From contig NC_042998.1 of assembly GCF_006345805.1 (NCBI RefSeq), forward strand, positions 148,862,001 to 148,926,000: a DNA stretch of 64,000 nt, given 5' to 3'. The DNA is from Octopus sinensis. Its lineage: Eukaryota. Below the pieces are notes generated by a model. It worked only from the letters and a program-made list of their open reading frames with translations, was not told the DNA's origin and did no database searches. A program made the position numbers and the translations under genes. Shown here one piece after another: positions 28,500 through 41,080 of this stretch (within the stretch, counting starts at the first letter, position 1; the number at the start of each line of letters is the position of its first letter).

Positions 28500-28785
28500 G
28501 AAATGGTGGTGTCCTTTATATACCTTTGAAACACGCATTGAGTCGAAACAGGGGCAGCTGATGAAGGGGAATATTCCTTGTATTGTTTGTCTTGTACACT
28601 GTTTTTCGTTGTTAAAAAAGTCCGTTTCTTGTTTGATTTTATGTTTTCGTTTCTCGTTGTGTTGTACGTTTATTTGTGGTGTCCGGTACTCATATATATA
28701 TATGCATGTATATATACATATAGATGTAGGTATGTACATATATGTATGTATGTATGTACATGTTTTATTTATTAAATTGTTATTA
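28500..28785 (+). mobile_element. Diverged relative of the 830-bp monomer, with permuted-HHR-like motif (version 3)
   Basis: GTG-TC..CCTTT-GAAA-CAC..CAG-CTGATGA-AGGGG; downstream ggtgtcc.gtac..atgta.gta.gtacatatatgt shared with the tandem unit. Confidence 0.5.
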
Positions 28786-29569
28786 TATATATATATATAT
28801 ATGATATATATATATATATATATATTTTTTTTTTGCTTGTCTTGTCCTTGGTTTGTGTCTATGTTTTTCGTCTCTATGTGTTCGACGTCTTTTGGTGTCC
28901 TGTACACATATATGCGTGTATATGTACATGTAGAGGTAGGTACGTACATATATGTTTATATATATGCATGGTGTTCTATTTTATTAACATATATACGACT
29001 AAACGCACGCACCCTATTAAGTAAGATTGTTCTGTTTATCAAGTTAGCCTTGATATTAACTCTCACGCGACTCTGCATCTTTCTTTCTTTCTCTCCCATT
29101 CCCTTTTTCGTCTTTTTTCCTCAATTAACTTGTCTCTTCCTCTTCTCTCTCCCCCTCACCGTTCTTCATGGTCTCCTCGCACCATTCCCCTTCTTCTCTC
29201 TCTCCTCTTGCTCCTCCTCCCCCATTCCCGTCGTCCATCTGCGACGATACTTCCGTCGTAACTGCTATCCTGTCTTTTCTCGCCCGCCTTCTAAGGCTAC
29301 TGGTCGACATTCTTTCTCTCTCGTCGTCCACTATAATCCAGCGTTTGCAATACTTTTTCGTTTCTGGCGTTAACAGCCCTTCTATCTTGTTCTCCTTGTC
29401 CTGTCTCTCATGTTGTAATATTTATTTTTCCACTGTTTATATATATATTTTTTACTGTTTATATGTTTGTACTGTCGTTAGCGTCTTGCTTTTTTTACCC
29501 CTCTGCGAAAAGATCTCAGAATTTTAATTGATTTGCTTTTCGCAGGAAGGAAGTGTTTCTTCGAAGTAT

Positions 29570-29630
29570 ACGTCTCGCTTTTATCCTTCGAAACGTTTAG
29601 TAGATGAAACTTAGCGACTGAAGAGGGGAT
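29570..29630 (+). ncRNA. Candidate non-circularly permuted hammerhead, copy 1
   Basis: ACG-TC|TCGCT..ATCCTTC-GAAA-CGT..AGCGA-CTGAAGA-GGGGAT. Confidence 0.55.
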
Positions 29631-30393
29631 TCTCGTTGTGCTTATTGTCCTGTATCTCTTTTTTTGCTTGTCTTGTTCCTTGGTTTGTGTCTATGTTTTT
29701 CGTCTCTCTATGTGTTCGACGTCTTTTGGTGTCCTGTACACATATATGCGTGTATATGTACATGTAGAGGTAGGTACGTACATATATGTTTATATATATG
29801 CATATGTATTTATTAACATATTTATCGACTAAACGCACGCACCCTATTAAGTAAGATTGTTCTGTTTATCAAGTTAGCCTTGATATTAACTCTCCGCGAC
29901 TCTGCATCTTTCTTTCTTTCTCTCCCATTCCCTTTTTCGTCTTTTTTCCCTCAATACTTGTCTCTTCCTCTCTCTCTCCCCCTCACCGTTCTTCATGGTC
30001 TCCTCGCACCATTCCCCTTCTCTCCTCTTTCTCTTGCTCCTCCTCCCCCATTCCCGTCGTCCATCTGCGACGATACTTCCGTCGTAACTGCTATCCTGTC
30101 TTTTCTCGCCCGCCTTCTAAGGCTACTGGTCGACATTCTTTCTCTCTCGTCGTCCACTATATCCAGCGTTTGCAATACTTTTTTCGTCTGGCGTTAACAG
30201 CCCTTCTTATCTTGTTCTCCTTGTCCTGTCTCTCACTGTTATATATTTATTTTTCCACTGTTTATATATATATTTTTTACTGTTTATATGTTTGTACTGT
30301 CGTTACCGTCTTGCTTTTTTTACCCCTCTGCGAAAAGATCTCAGAATTTTAATTGATTTGCTTTTCGCAGGAAGGAAGTTTTCTTCGAAGTAT

Positions 30394-30456
30394 ACGTCTC
30401 GCTTTTATCCTTCGAAACGTTTAGTAGATGAAACCTTAGCGACTGAAGAAGGGGAT
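30394..30456 (+). ncRNA. Candidate non-circularly permuted hammerhead, copy 2
   Basis: ACG-TC|TCGCT..ATCCTTC-GAAA-CGT..AGCGA-CTGAAGA-AGGGGAT. Confidence 0.55.
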
Positions 30457-31225
30457 TTCTCGTTGTGCTTATTGTCCTGTATCTCTTTTTTTTGCTTGTC
30501 TTGTTCCTTGGTTTGTGTCTATGTTTTTCGTCTCTCTATGTGTTCGACGTCTTTTGGTGTCCTGTACACATATATGCGTGTATATGTACATGTAGAGGTA
30601 GGTACGTACATATATGTTTATATATATGCATATGTTCTATTTTATTAACATATTATACGACTAAACGCACGCACCCTATTAAGAAGATTGTTCGTTTATC
30701 AAGTTAGCCTTGATATTAACTCTCACGCGACTCTGCATCTTTCTTTCTTTCTCTCCCATTCCCTTTTTCGTCTTTTTTCCCTCACTTAACTTGTCTCTTC
30801 CTCTCTCTCTCCCCCTCACCGTTCTTCATGGTCTCCTGTACCATTCCCCTTCTTCTCTCTTTTCCTCTTGCTCCTCCTCCCCCATTCCCGTCGTCCATCT
30901 GCGACGATACTTCCGTCGTAACTGCTATCCTGTCTTTTCTCGCCCGCCTTCTAAGGCTACTGGTCGACATTCTTTCTCTCTCGTCGTCCACTATAATCCA
31001 GCGGTTGCAATACTTTTTCGTCTGGCGTTAACAGCCCTCTTATCTTGTTCTCCTTGTCCTGTCTCTCACTGTTATATATTTATTTTTCCACTGTTTATAT
31101 ATATTTTTTACTGTTTATGTGTTTGTACTGTCGTTACACGTCTTGCTTTTTTTACCCCTCTGCGAAAAGATCTCAGAATTTTAATTGATTTGCTTTTCGC
31201 AGGAAGGAAGTTTTCTTCGAAGTAT

Positions 31226-31288
31226 ACGTCTCGCTTTTATCCTTCGAAACGTTTAGTAGATGAAACCTTAGCGACTGAAGAAGGGGAT
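31226..31288 (+). ncRNA. Candidate non-circularly permuted hammerhead, copy 3
   Basis: Same motif as copy 2. Confidence 0.55.
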
Positions 31289-31481
31289 TTCTCGTTGTGC
31301 TTATTGTCCTGTATCTCTTTTTTTGCTTGTCTTGTTCCTTGGTTTGTGTCTATGTTTTTCGTCTCTCTATGTGTTCGACGTCTTTTTGGTGTCCTGTACA
31401 CATATATGCGTGTATATGTACATGTAGAGGTAGGTACGTACATATATGTTTATATATATGCATATGTTCTATTTTATTAAC

Positions 31482-31513
<32 letters not shown>

Positions 31514-31991
31514 CATATATATATATGGTCTGAAAGGATTAGAGACAAACACTTTCCTCTCTGGTCAATCTCTCATCAACTTCTTCAAGTATCAATTGAA
31601 AAGTAAAGTGAGAGTAGAGAGGCAAGTTTTGGCTAGCGAATGTTTAAAAAAAATGGGTGCATGTAGCAAGGATGGCACCTATGAATGACGAAGCCACATT
31701 GAGTATAATCCTATGAACCCGGAAAAATTTAAAACAGAGAGTTACTTGCAAATAAATGTGTTAACATGTGACATTAATAACCGAGGTTACCGTGATATTT
31801 TCCGTAGGCTTTTCTTTCGACGGATAAACCTTATCTGCTTCTCCCTTTACACTTTACATCATGACATTTCTGTGATACACGATCCCTATTGATCGAAAAC
31901 CTACCCCACTCCTTTTTTTTTCTCCCCAAAAAGAAAAGCTCTACTTTGTAATTTGTCCCGTCTGTGTCTAGCCCCGCGTGGCTAATAAAGA

Positions 31992-32053
<62 letters not shown>

Positions 32054-32055
<2 letters not shown>

Positions 32056-33368
32056 AAGAGCACCACCATTACCACAGATGCAAATACACGGGGACACATC
32101 AATACCTGACTTTTAAGTTGTGCCATCCACCACATACAAAACGCAACATCCCATACTGCCCACATCCCACTCGCTATGTTGGTGGTTCCTCTAAGGATTA
32201 CTGTAAAGCTGTCAACTTTGTCTCCTCGTGTAAATGTGTTGCGATTGGAATAGTTTTGACTACATTTAAGTTTCTAAACTATAGCTGCCTTATCTCCGCA
32301 ACCTTTTTCGCTTGCGGTACATTTGTATTCTTTTCAAAATTCGGCAGCACACTTGAACTAAATATATAACTAAAAGTATAGAACCTTAAACCTAAAAATA
32401 AAATTATTTTTACTGACTTTTCTCTTGACTTAGCTAGTATTTTCCTGCTATCGTCATCACGAACACCTTTAGTATTGTTGTTGTTAGTGGTCGTAGCAGT
32501 AGAAATAGTATCTCTAAGTATTAGTATTATTTAGCTTGGGTTGGAATTTATTAATATAGTTCTTTTCCCTGATTTTTCTCTCAGTTTCTCGTGGACTGTG
32601 TAGTTTGTAAAATGGAAATATTATAAATATTTTCCGAACATATGTTGCTAGATGGTTACTCAAAGGTATCTGACGGACATCTGGGTCTCTGATTTGCTGT
32701 CGGTGCACGCGCGAACGTTCTGATAGTGCATTTCCAGTCTGACCCACATATGTTCTTCACATTCGGGCATTTGATACATAAATTTCTTCTTTTGCATTTC
32801 ATATTTGGAGTTGTGAATATTTTCTCGGTTTTTGTGTTCATTTGTATGTATGAATTGACATGTGCCACACCGGCTCTCATTGCATTTAGATACAGTGAAT
32901 GATTGGTATTTGTTGCTAAGGTCAAACTTTGCCTTTGTTAATAATTTTTCAAGTTTTTAGGCTGTCTTTTACTAAGAACCATAGCTCGATCTGAGATTAT
33001 ATATTTTAATTCATTACCTTGATCAATGTTGATGATATTCTTGTGACATGCGTTGTATGTCATTATAAATGGTATGACTTGTTCCTGTTCTCCTCTTCTT
33101 TGAATTGTTCACAGTTGTTGTATGGGTATTTTTACAGCCCGCTGCATGCCATTTTCTATAAGTGGAGACGGGTATTTTTGTTTGAGCAAAAATTCTCTTA
33201 CTTCTATTAGGTATTTTGTTCCTGATATTTGCATCTTCTACAATGGTACAAATTCTTCTGGCTAGGCAGTATGGGATGTTGTGTTTTATATGTGGTGGAT
33301 GGCACAACTTAAAAGTCAGGTATTGATGAGTGTCCGTGTGTTTGTATCTGTGGTAATGGTGGTGTACT

Positions 33369-33371
<3 letters not shown>
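32054..33371 (-). mobile_element. Penelope-like element fragment (RT thumb, Cys-rich linker, GIY-YIG), frameshifted
   Basis: TDTHQYLTF..CHPPHIKHNIPYCLARRICTIV; KCNESRCGTC; VGQTGNALSERSRVHRQQIRDP..IFPFYKL..REKNYINKFQPKLN; between (TA)n tracts. Confidence 0.85.
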
Positions 33372-33402
<31 letters not shown>

Positions 33403-33599
33403 ATGCATACATACATATGTGTGTGTGTGTGTGTATGGGTACAGGACATCACAAACCGTAAACAACATGAAATACGAAAACAAATGAGTACGCAAACAAC
33501 GGGAGAAACAATTGGAAAACAAATGGGATTCAGTTGAATTACGTACTTAAGTTGAGGCACCAAGTCGGTCCGGAGGGGGTAACTTGAGGGGAGAAATTG

Positions 33600-33970
33600 A
33601 TTGGGAGACATTTTGTGTCGCTACAGTGGTTGCTTTGGTGTGAAAACTGGGATTTTATTGATTTTTGGGGACACTTGGTGGTCTAGATCGGACACCTTTT
33701 GCCCGATTTCAATCAAATTTTCAACATGGTAAAGTGGAAGCGGATTTGTAATTTAAACGCGGAAATTTAATTTTTTTTATAAATGGCAGAGAGATAGATA
33801 GAGAAAGATAAAGAGAAAGAGAAAGTGAGGGAAAGTCCAAGAGAAAGGAAGAGTAAGAGAGTGGGAAAATGAGAAAGGATAGAGAAACAAAGAGGGAGAA
33901 TGTGGCGATAAGAAACAGAAAGTAACAACCACAACCTCACCTGCGCGTAGAGCGGGTTACCTTAAGCTAG
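33600..33970 (+). mobile_element. Probable Helitron 3' end
   Basis: GC hairpin CCTGCGCGTAGAGCGGG about 10 nt before CTAG|T (33967-33970); 5' end not resolved. Confidence 0.45.
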
Positions 33971-34124
33971 TAGATATATATATATATATACATATACATA
34001 TATTATATATATATGTGTGTGCATATTCGTATATGTCTGTGTTTGTCCCCCCCCCACCACAATCACCTGATATATATATTATGTATGTATGTATGTATAT
34101 ATGTATGTATGTATGTATGTATAA

Positions 34125-34528
34125 GTGCAGATTTGTATGTTTTGCTTTATGTATGTATTCTCATGCATATAATTGCATATCTAGACAAGTTCGTATATAT
34201 TTAAATGATAAACTTCTGGAAAGTTTTACAGATTTTCCCAGTTCCAGGGATGAATTGAATCTGTAGTCTTCGAATTAATGAGAAGCTTAATTTCTCAAGA
34301 TTGGTATTTAGGCAGCGTGTTGCATATCCAAAGACCCCAAAAATTACAGCTATAAACCTGAACTTGCAATCTGGGTAGAGTAACTGCAGATTTCTCAATA
34401 GTTCAGCGTAGGTATTCTCTTTTTCACTGATCTTCAGCTTCATGTTAGCTGCTGGGCAGCTAATTTCCGCAATTGTGCACAGTTTCTCTTCTCTATCCCA
34501 AATCATAATATCAGGTCTGTTATGCTTA
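34125..34528 (-). mobile_element. R4/Dong-type LINE 3' fragment, same family as 21655-22440
   Basis: RPDIMIWDREEKLCTIAEISCP..KISEKENTYAELLRNLQLLYPD (RLE domain); (TATG)n on both flanks. Confidence 0.8.
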
Positions 34529-35071
34529 CTATGTATGTATGTATGTATGTATGTATGTATGTATGTATGTATGTATGTATTTATTTATGTATGTATGTAT
34601 GTATGTATGTATGTATGGATGGATGGATGGATGGATGGATGCATGCATGCATGTATGTATGTATAAACAGATGGTCGAGCCGTCTGGTGATCTGAGGAGC
34701 TAGCTTTCGTTATTTACATTGATGTGTGAGCATACAATTGTTATATAATGCTGAGCAGAGATACATTAATGCACACATTTATGCTTAATTTCTTCCATAC
34801 TGAAGCAAATACTTTATGAAGAAGTTTGCGAAACGGCCGTCAGACTATGAAAGACAAGCGGTTAAATAAATATATATTCACCTTTCATGCCTACTGACTA
34901 GATTTTTACATACTTCACGTGAAATTATTTCATCGCTGGGATTTTTTTTGATTTTCAGTTATATGAATACTCTACATTACACTTCTTCGCAGCAGTTGAA
35001 TGGACCAATAACCGAGTCCTTAGAAGAGCTTTCTGTGATAGCCATACGATTCTCAAAATGAACATCTTTTG

Positions 35072-35109
<38 letters not shown>

Positions 35110-35174
35110 ACACACATACATACACACACAAACACCCACATATATGTGAATGACAAATGAACAGGAGTCACGTA

Positions 35175-35345
35175 ACCAACATTAGTGTCGCTATGCCCTG
35201 TTCGCGTCTACCAAATCCACTCATAAGGCTTTATGAGTCGGTTCAAGCAATAGTAGAGAACACTTACCCAAGGTGCGATGCCATGGGACTGACCCCTGAG
35301 TCATGTGGCTGGAAAGTAAGCTTCTTACCACACACCACGCACGCC
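35175..35345 (-). mobile_element. Degenerate SINE family A 5' part
   Basis: gtctaccaaatccactca..acacttacccaaggtgc..cttcttaccacac. Confidence 0.65.
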
Positions 35346-35875
35346 TACGCCTATATTTATATACATATGTATACAAATATCATCGCAGTAATATATGTAT
35401 GTGCGTGTGTGTTGACTTTTATCGACGCCATGTTGTTAGATTATGTCAACAAAACATGAGAAGAGATATTGATATATTGGAAGTGTTGAGGGTCCCGGGG
35501 AGAAGAGAAACTAATATCGAAGATCAGCGTAAGCAACTGTGTTATTGTATTATCAAAACATTATGATGAAATCGGGAAAAGAGAGAGGGAGAAGGAGAGA
35601 GTGAGAGACAAACTAAGAAAGAGACAGAGATCGAGAGAGGCAGGCAGACGGAAGGCGGGAGGGAGGGAGAGAGAGAGATTTTAGTAAAGGGAGGCTTATC
35701 GAAGCTATTCCAACAAGACTACTTGGAAGTCAGCGTTATGTTGAAAGACTAACATGGCGGTTGTAAAGAATGTTGTTTAGTAACGTGTTGAATGATTTGT
35801 GATGAACATAACTTGGCTATCGGGAATGGTACAAGGCTTGGCAGAAAAAATTCTGGTGAAAATCTCTCTCAGTAG

Positions 35876-35948
<73 letters not shown>

Positions 35949-36333
35949 CTCTCACATTCGTAACTCATACAGATATATACATACACGCGCAAAACCCACA
36001 TACGCACACAGTAAAGATGCATGCATAAAAAAATCAAAATTTTGCAAACACAAAATACATGCATATATAAATACACAGGCACACATGTACACACAAAAAC
36101 ATGTACACACAAAAACATGTACACACAAAAACATGTACACACACATACGCACACATACACACGCATACACACATAGAAACACACTTATACCTTCACATAC
36201 ACACCTCGCATACACACCTCACATACACTCACGCACGCAAATATACACACACATACAACACATACACACAAGGCATATAAACACGAAAGCTCACACACAT
36301 TAACATAATAAAACAGATAAAAGCAATCAACAC

Positions 36334-37324
36334 TGTAACGTACGACTTGAGGGAAATTCCTCTCTCTCTCTCTCTCTCTCTCTCTGTTAATATATACATA
36401 AATATGGACGTAGTAGATAACAGCTAGCCTTCGACCGCCATTTTGGACTCTGTTGTGTCCACTACTCTGATTGGTTAGTATTGGCGCAATTTGTCTCTTG
36501 CTCTATTGCGCGCCAATATGCAACCCAACCAATCGCAGCCTTCTGATAAGGTCATGTGAGACAGTCTCTTCTAAACCTCAGTTTGCGCCGACTGCTCCCT
36601 ATAAAACTTCAGTGACACATCGAGTCGAGGTCTTTCGGTTCCAGACCTTTTAAGGTCTAGCTACTGATCACACAGGACATAGCCAGTTTCAGCGACGACA
36701 CAACAGCAGCCACATGGAGACTTATCAACACTCTTCCAACAGCATACGGCAATCTCTTTCTTCGTCGCCTTCATCTTCTTAACGTCGACAACATCATCTC
36801 TCTGCGTACACAGTAACCAGCAACACTCGCTCAGGTTCTATCTCAACACTGTTCGTGAATCACTTCACCATGGTTAACAACAAACACAACTTGCGAGAAC
36901 CTTCTGTACCAAGTGACCCCGGCGGTAGCATTGTGGCCTCTACTTCTTATACATGTACCTCAACCGGCTCTGCATTACTGCTACAACTTCTTGTTACAGC
37001 ACTTCAACTATCGTACCTTGATTACGAACTGGTATTTATCATCCTTGTGTCTGAACATTCTTCTAACGTCATATTATAGACTCTTTCAATGCTCTGTACT
37101 TAATGTATACAGATACACTTGTATACATGACGGCCTATCTATTATCATGTATATATGACGCATACACTCACATGTTAACATACAAATAAAATCTTCTCTT
37201 AAACATTCTACCCGGTTGTGTCTCTCTTTTCCTTCTAGCACTTTCCTTTTCGTATTTATTGTATCGATCGTGTGGTGTACTAAAGAAGTCATTCTCGTCA
37301 CCTCTCCTCGCACGGTCGTTTACA
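36334..37324 (+). mobile_element. Probable solo LTR
   Basis: TGTAA..TTACA termini, CCAAT/ATTGG boxes at 36470-36535, CTATAAAA at about 36599, AATAAA at about 37184; no TSD found. Confidence 0.5.
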
Positions 37325-37469
37325 ACTTACATATACAAAATTTCACCAATTCTAAGTCTTGAAACCACATCTTATTTAATACCAAGATGGAAAGACTTTC
37401 TAAATGTACGGGACATTTGAACACGCACACACATACACACACGCACACGCACACACACACAATACATTG

Positions 37470-37645
37470 GATTCAAATTTTGGCCCAGGGCCAGCAATTT
37501 AGGGGGAGAGGATAAGTTGATTAAAAGGATCCTAAAGCTCAACTGGTAGTTAGACTTATTTTATCAACTCCGAAAGGATTAAGGGCAATTTGACCCAGCG
37601 TCATTTGAACCCTGAACGTGAAGATAGACGAAATGCCGCTAAGCC
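37470..37645 (-). mobile_element. SINE family B (degenerate)
   Basis: ttttatcaactccgaaaggat..atttgaac..gacgaaatgccgctaagc. Confidence 0.65.
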
Positions 37646-37722
37646 TTATTCTCGGAGTGTTAAATATTCACACACACACATACACACACACACATACACA
37701 CACAAACACACACACAAACATA

Positions 37723-38093
37723 TCTCTATATATGTAAAACAAAGGATTCTGTGTGTATATGTGTGTATCTGAGTGTGTAGTACGTATGCATTTCTACGAT
37801 TCTCAACTGATTTACACCAAACTTTACACATACATTACTTATGTGCCAAGGATGGTCATGGACTATAGCATTTTGCCCAGAGCTCCCGAGTAATATGAGA
37901 AACTGACCGATTGTTTCACATGGGTTTTTCTATGAAAACTGCAGTTTTCAACCGATTCTCTCCTTTCGACTTTTGCAGTTTTAAAGCGATTCTTTCCTTT
38001 TTCTCTATCTGTTTATTCATCTCTTTTCTTTCTCACTTACACCCTCAGCAATACTTCCTCTCTTTAAACCTGTCTGATTTTTCACACATACAC

Positions 38094-38140
<47 letters not shown>

Positions 38141-39919
38141 CCCCCCTCTCTCTCTCTCTCTCTGTCGTGCGTAAATATCTTTGTCTTCAAGCTATTAGTA
38201 CGTTCTCGCTACAACAGTACTTATTCTAAATTTTTTGCACTCCATCTATTTAAATATACTACTTACATTTCTCCCTCTATCGAAAACCGTTGTGATATAA
38301 TCCGATAAGCCTTCATTACAAACCAATGAGACTTCAACTACAACACTGAGCGTTCATGCGTTAGACAAAAATATCCTAAAGTGGCTCAAGTTTTTTCGCT
38401 CAACCTATTTACATCTAGAGCTTTATACGCTGAATTGAGGTTTGTAATTTCTGTCCACGAATTGACATCCTTGTATGATATAATATTGTTTCACTTTTAT
38501 TCTGCCACTTTTCATTCTAATATTGTTTCACTTTGTGTGCGTGTGTTTGCGCGTTCGATACGTACGAGATAGTAAACAACATTTTAAGCCACCACGACGG
38601 CGTCACATATATGAATGTGTATGTGTCTCTGATTGTATGTGTATGGGTGTATGAGTGTGTATGTCTCTCTGACTGTGTGTGTTTCCACATTAGGTACGTT
38701 ATTAAACATACACACACATCTACACATACATATACACATGTGACGACTGACATGCGTGAATGTATGTCTGTATGTGTCTCTCTTACTATAAGTATGTGAC
38801 TGTATGTGAGAGTGTATGTGTGCGTATCGTCACATTTTGTATATTAATGTGTATATATCTGTGAGTGTGTGTGTGTGTTTGCGCGCCCGTTACGTACGTT
38901 ATTAAACACACACATACATCTACACATGCATATGTGACGAGAACGGCTGGAGGTGAAATTCTTGACAAAAAACAATTACGTGGAAGGTTCAAGTTTTATA
39001 AAAATACACATCTACCGTTCAATTAACAGTTCCTAATTTGCAAGGTTGCATGGTATTTATAATTTGCTTATATCTGGTTATTTTACACTGCTAGCAAAAA
39101 TATAGGCATACAACATACAACTGCTTACAAGAATAGAAATTAGTGTATAGCTTTTCTATGTTCATAATTTCTTGTCTAAAATATTGGGGGGGGAAATGAC
39201 ACCAAAGAAAAACGTAATCTCTCCAGAAACACCTATAAAGCAAGGAGTGCAGAATACCGAAGGTGAGAGTCTCAAGACATAAGGGACATGAGACGTTCTC
39301 AATATCAGCAACGGCATCCTGCTGCACGTCAGTCTCAATACAGAAGGGACATGACACTTTCCAAAGATCACCAAACGCATGTTGCCGCACGTCAAATACA
39401 GTATCAAGAGAGAAGGGAGAGGAGACCTTCTCAACATCAGCAAAAGCATGCTGCAGCACATCAGATGGAGTGCCAAGACAGGAGGGAGATGAAACTTTCT
39501 CAAGATCAGCAAAAGCATGCAGCAACACATTAAATGGAGTCTGAAGACAGAAGGGAGATGGGACTTTCCCAAGATCAGCATGCTGCAGTACTTGATGCAG
39601 AATCATTACAACAACATTTAGCACGCCAAATTACGCAGAGGTCCAATAGAATAGCTCTCAGAAACAGACCGAATTCATTTTCCACAACACCTGGATCTGA
39701 TTTCAGATATGATCCATCCAATTCTTATAAAAAAATGATAACTCTGTCCAAATTGATGTGCTAAACTCATATTGTCGTTTATACAAAGCTTTAAATTTTA
39801 CTTCTCAAATGTTTTGTTGTCAATGCTGCACTATGCTGTATCACATGTTTCAACATAACTGTAATACATATACAAAATAAGCAGTTTTAATCCCGAGCAA
39901 CGCCGGGTATTTCTGCTAG
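37723..39919 (+). mobile_element. Non-autonomous Helitron (~2.2 kb) with RepHel N-terminal remnant
   Basis: A|TC 5' end; CCCGAGCAACGCCGGG hairpin (39892-39907) before CTAG|T; internal 23-aa repeats followed by FRYDP..Y and KALNF..CC. Confidence 0.75.
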
Positions 39920-40279
39920 TAATATACAAAATCAAGAAATTAAACAAACGTTGTGAGGACGTCGGATTTTGTTCATAAATTTAATATTGATAATCTCCAA
40001 ATAAACAAGAAATCCCATAGGTAAATAGAAGAAAATTAAAATTATATACATATATATATATATATATACGCGATACACATATATACAGCCATCCATATAT
40101 ATATGTACATACACACACATATATATGCACATATATGTATGTTTATATACGTATATACATATGCATATCCATACATACATACGTGGATATATACATATAT
40201 CTATTAAATACATATGCATATACATACAAACTTACATCCATAAACCTATATGTATGTATTATAGATATATGCGCGCGTG

Positions 40280-40320
<41 letters not shown>

Positions 40321-40865
40321 ACACACACACACATACACACACATGCACACAAACACGACAAACACATGGCCCAAGAGAGACGCCAGTCTTATACAAGCTA
40401 CAGACTCTCTCAGGTGTTTGCCCATTAGAAAACAAATATTCTAGCAGACTTTCACAAAACACACCAACTAAATTCCAATTTATACAACATAGAGCAATTA
40501 GTTGGAATTAACATTAATTACATTTTTCTAATTAATTACCACCAAACTATTGTTAGCGATCACAGCCAGGCATTCAGTGAAAATGAACAACAACAACAAC
40601 AACAACAATCCGAACAGCAGCAATAACAACAACTACAAAAAGGCTCACTTACTACTCTAGATTCCTCCCATGCTGTATTTGTTATTCTGTAGCTATTGGA
40701 ATACGATAAGAGAACTTGCTATATTCTAAGACTTCTGAAATATCTGAATGGTTGATTAAATAAACAGGAGTAGAGTAAACGATGAAAAATGGTCCGATTC
40801 CAAAGTTGACGATGGAATAGTTTGTGGGATCCTTTAGTTGACGGTTTCGATATCGAATTCTCAGG

Positions 40866-41080
40866 AAAGCAGTGAGCTGACAGAATCGTTAGCACACCGG
40901 GCAAAATGCTTAGCGGCATTTCGTCCGTCTTTACATTCTGAATTCAAATTCCGCCGAGGTCGACTGTGCCTTTCATCCCTTGGTGGTCGATAAAATAAGT
41001 ACCTGTTGAGTAGTGGGGTTGATTTAATCGACCTATCTCCTCCCCTGAAATTACTAGCCATGTGCCAAAATTTGAAACCG
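40866..41080 (+). mobile_element. SINE family B
   Basis: gagctgacagaatcgttagcacaccgggcaaaatgcttagcgg..ttcaaattccgccgaggtcgac..cctttcatcc..gtcgataaaataagtacc. Confidence 0.85.

Larger units (their letters stand above)
28826..31481 (+). repeat. Tandem array of about 3.2 near-identical ~830-bp monomers
   Basis: Marker tatacgtc ends at 29574, 30398 and 31230 (periods 824 and 832); bounded by (TA)n on both sides. Confidence 0.92.

Noticed and set aside
28498-31480. 291-aa and 256-aa ORFs in the tandem array
   Set aside because: Low-complexity F/L/S/Y composition, and the frames are not preserved between near-identical copies.
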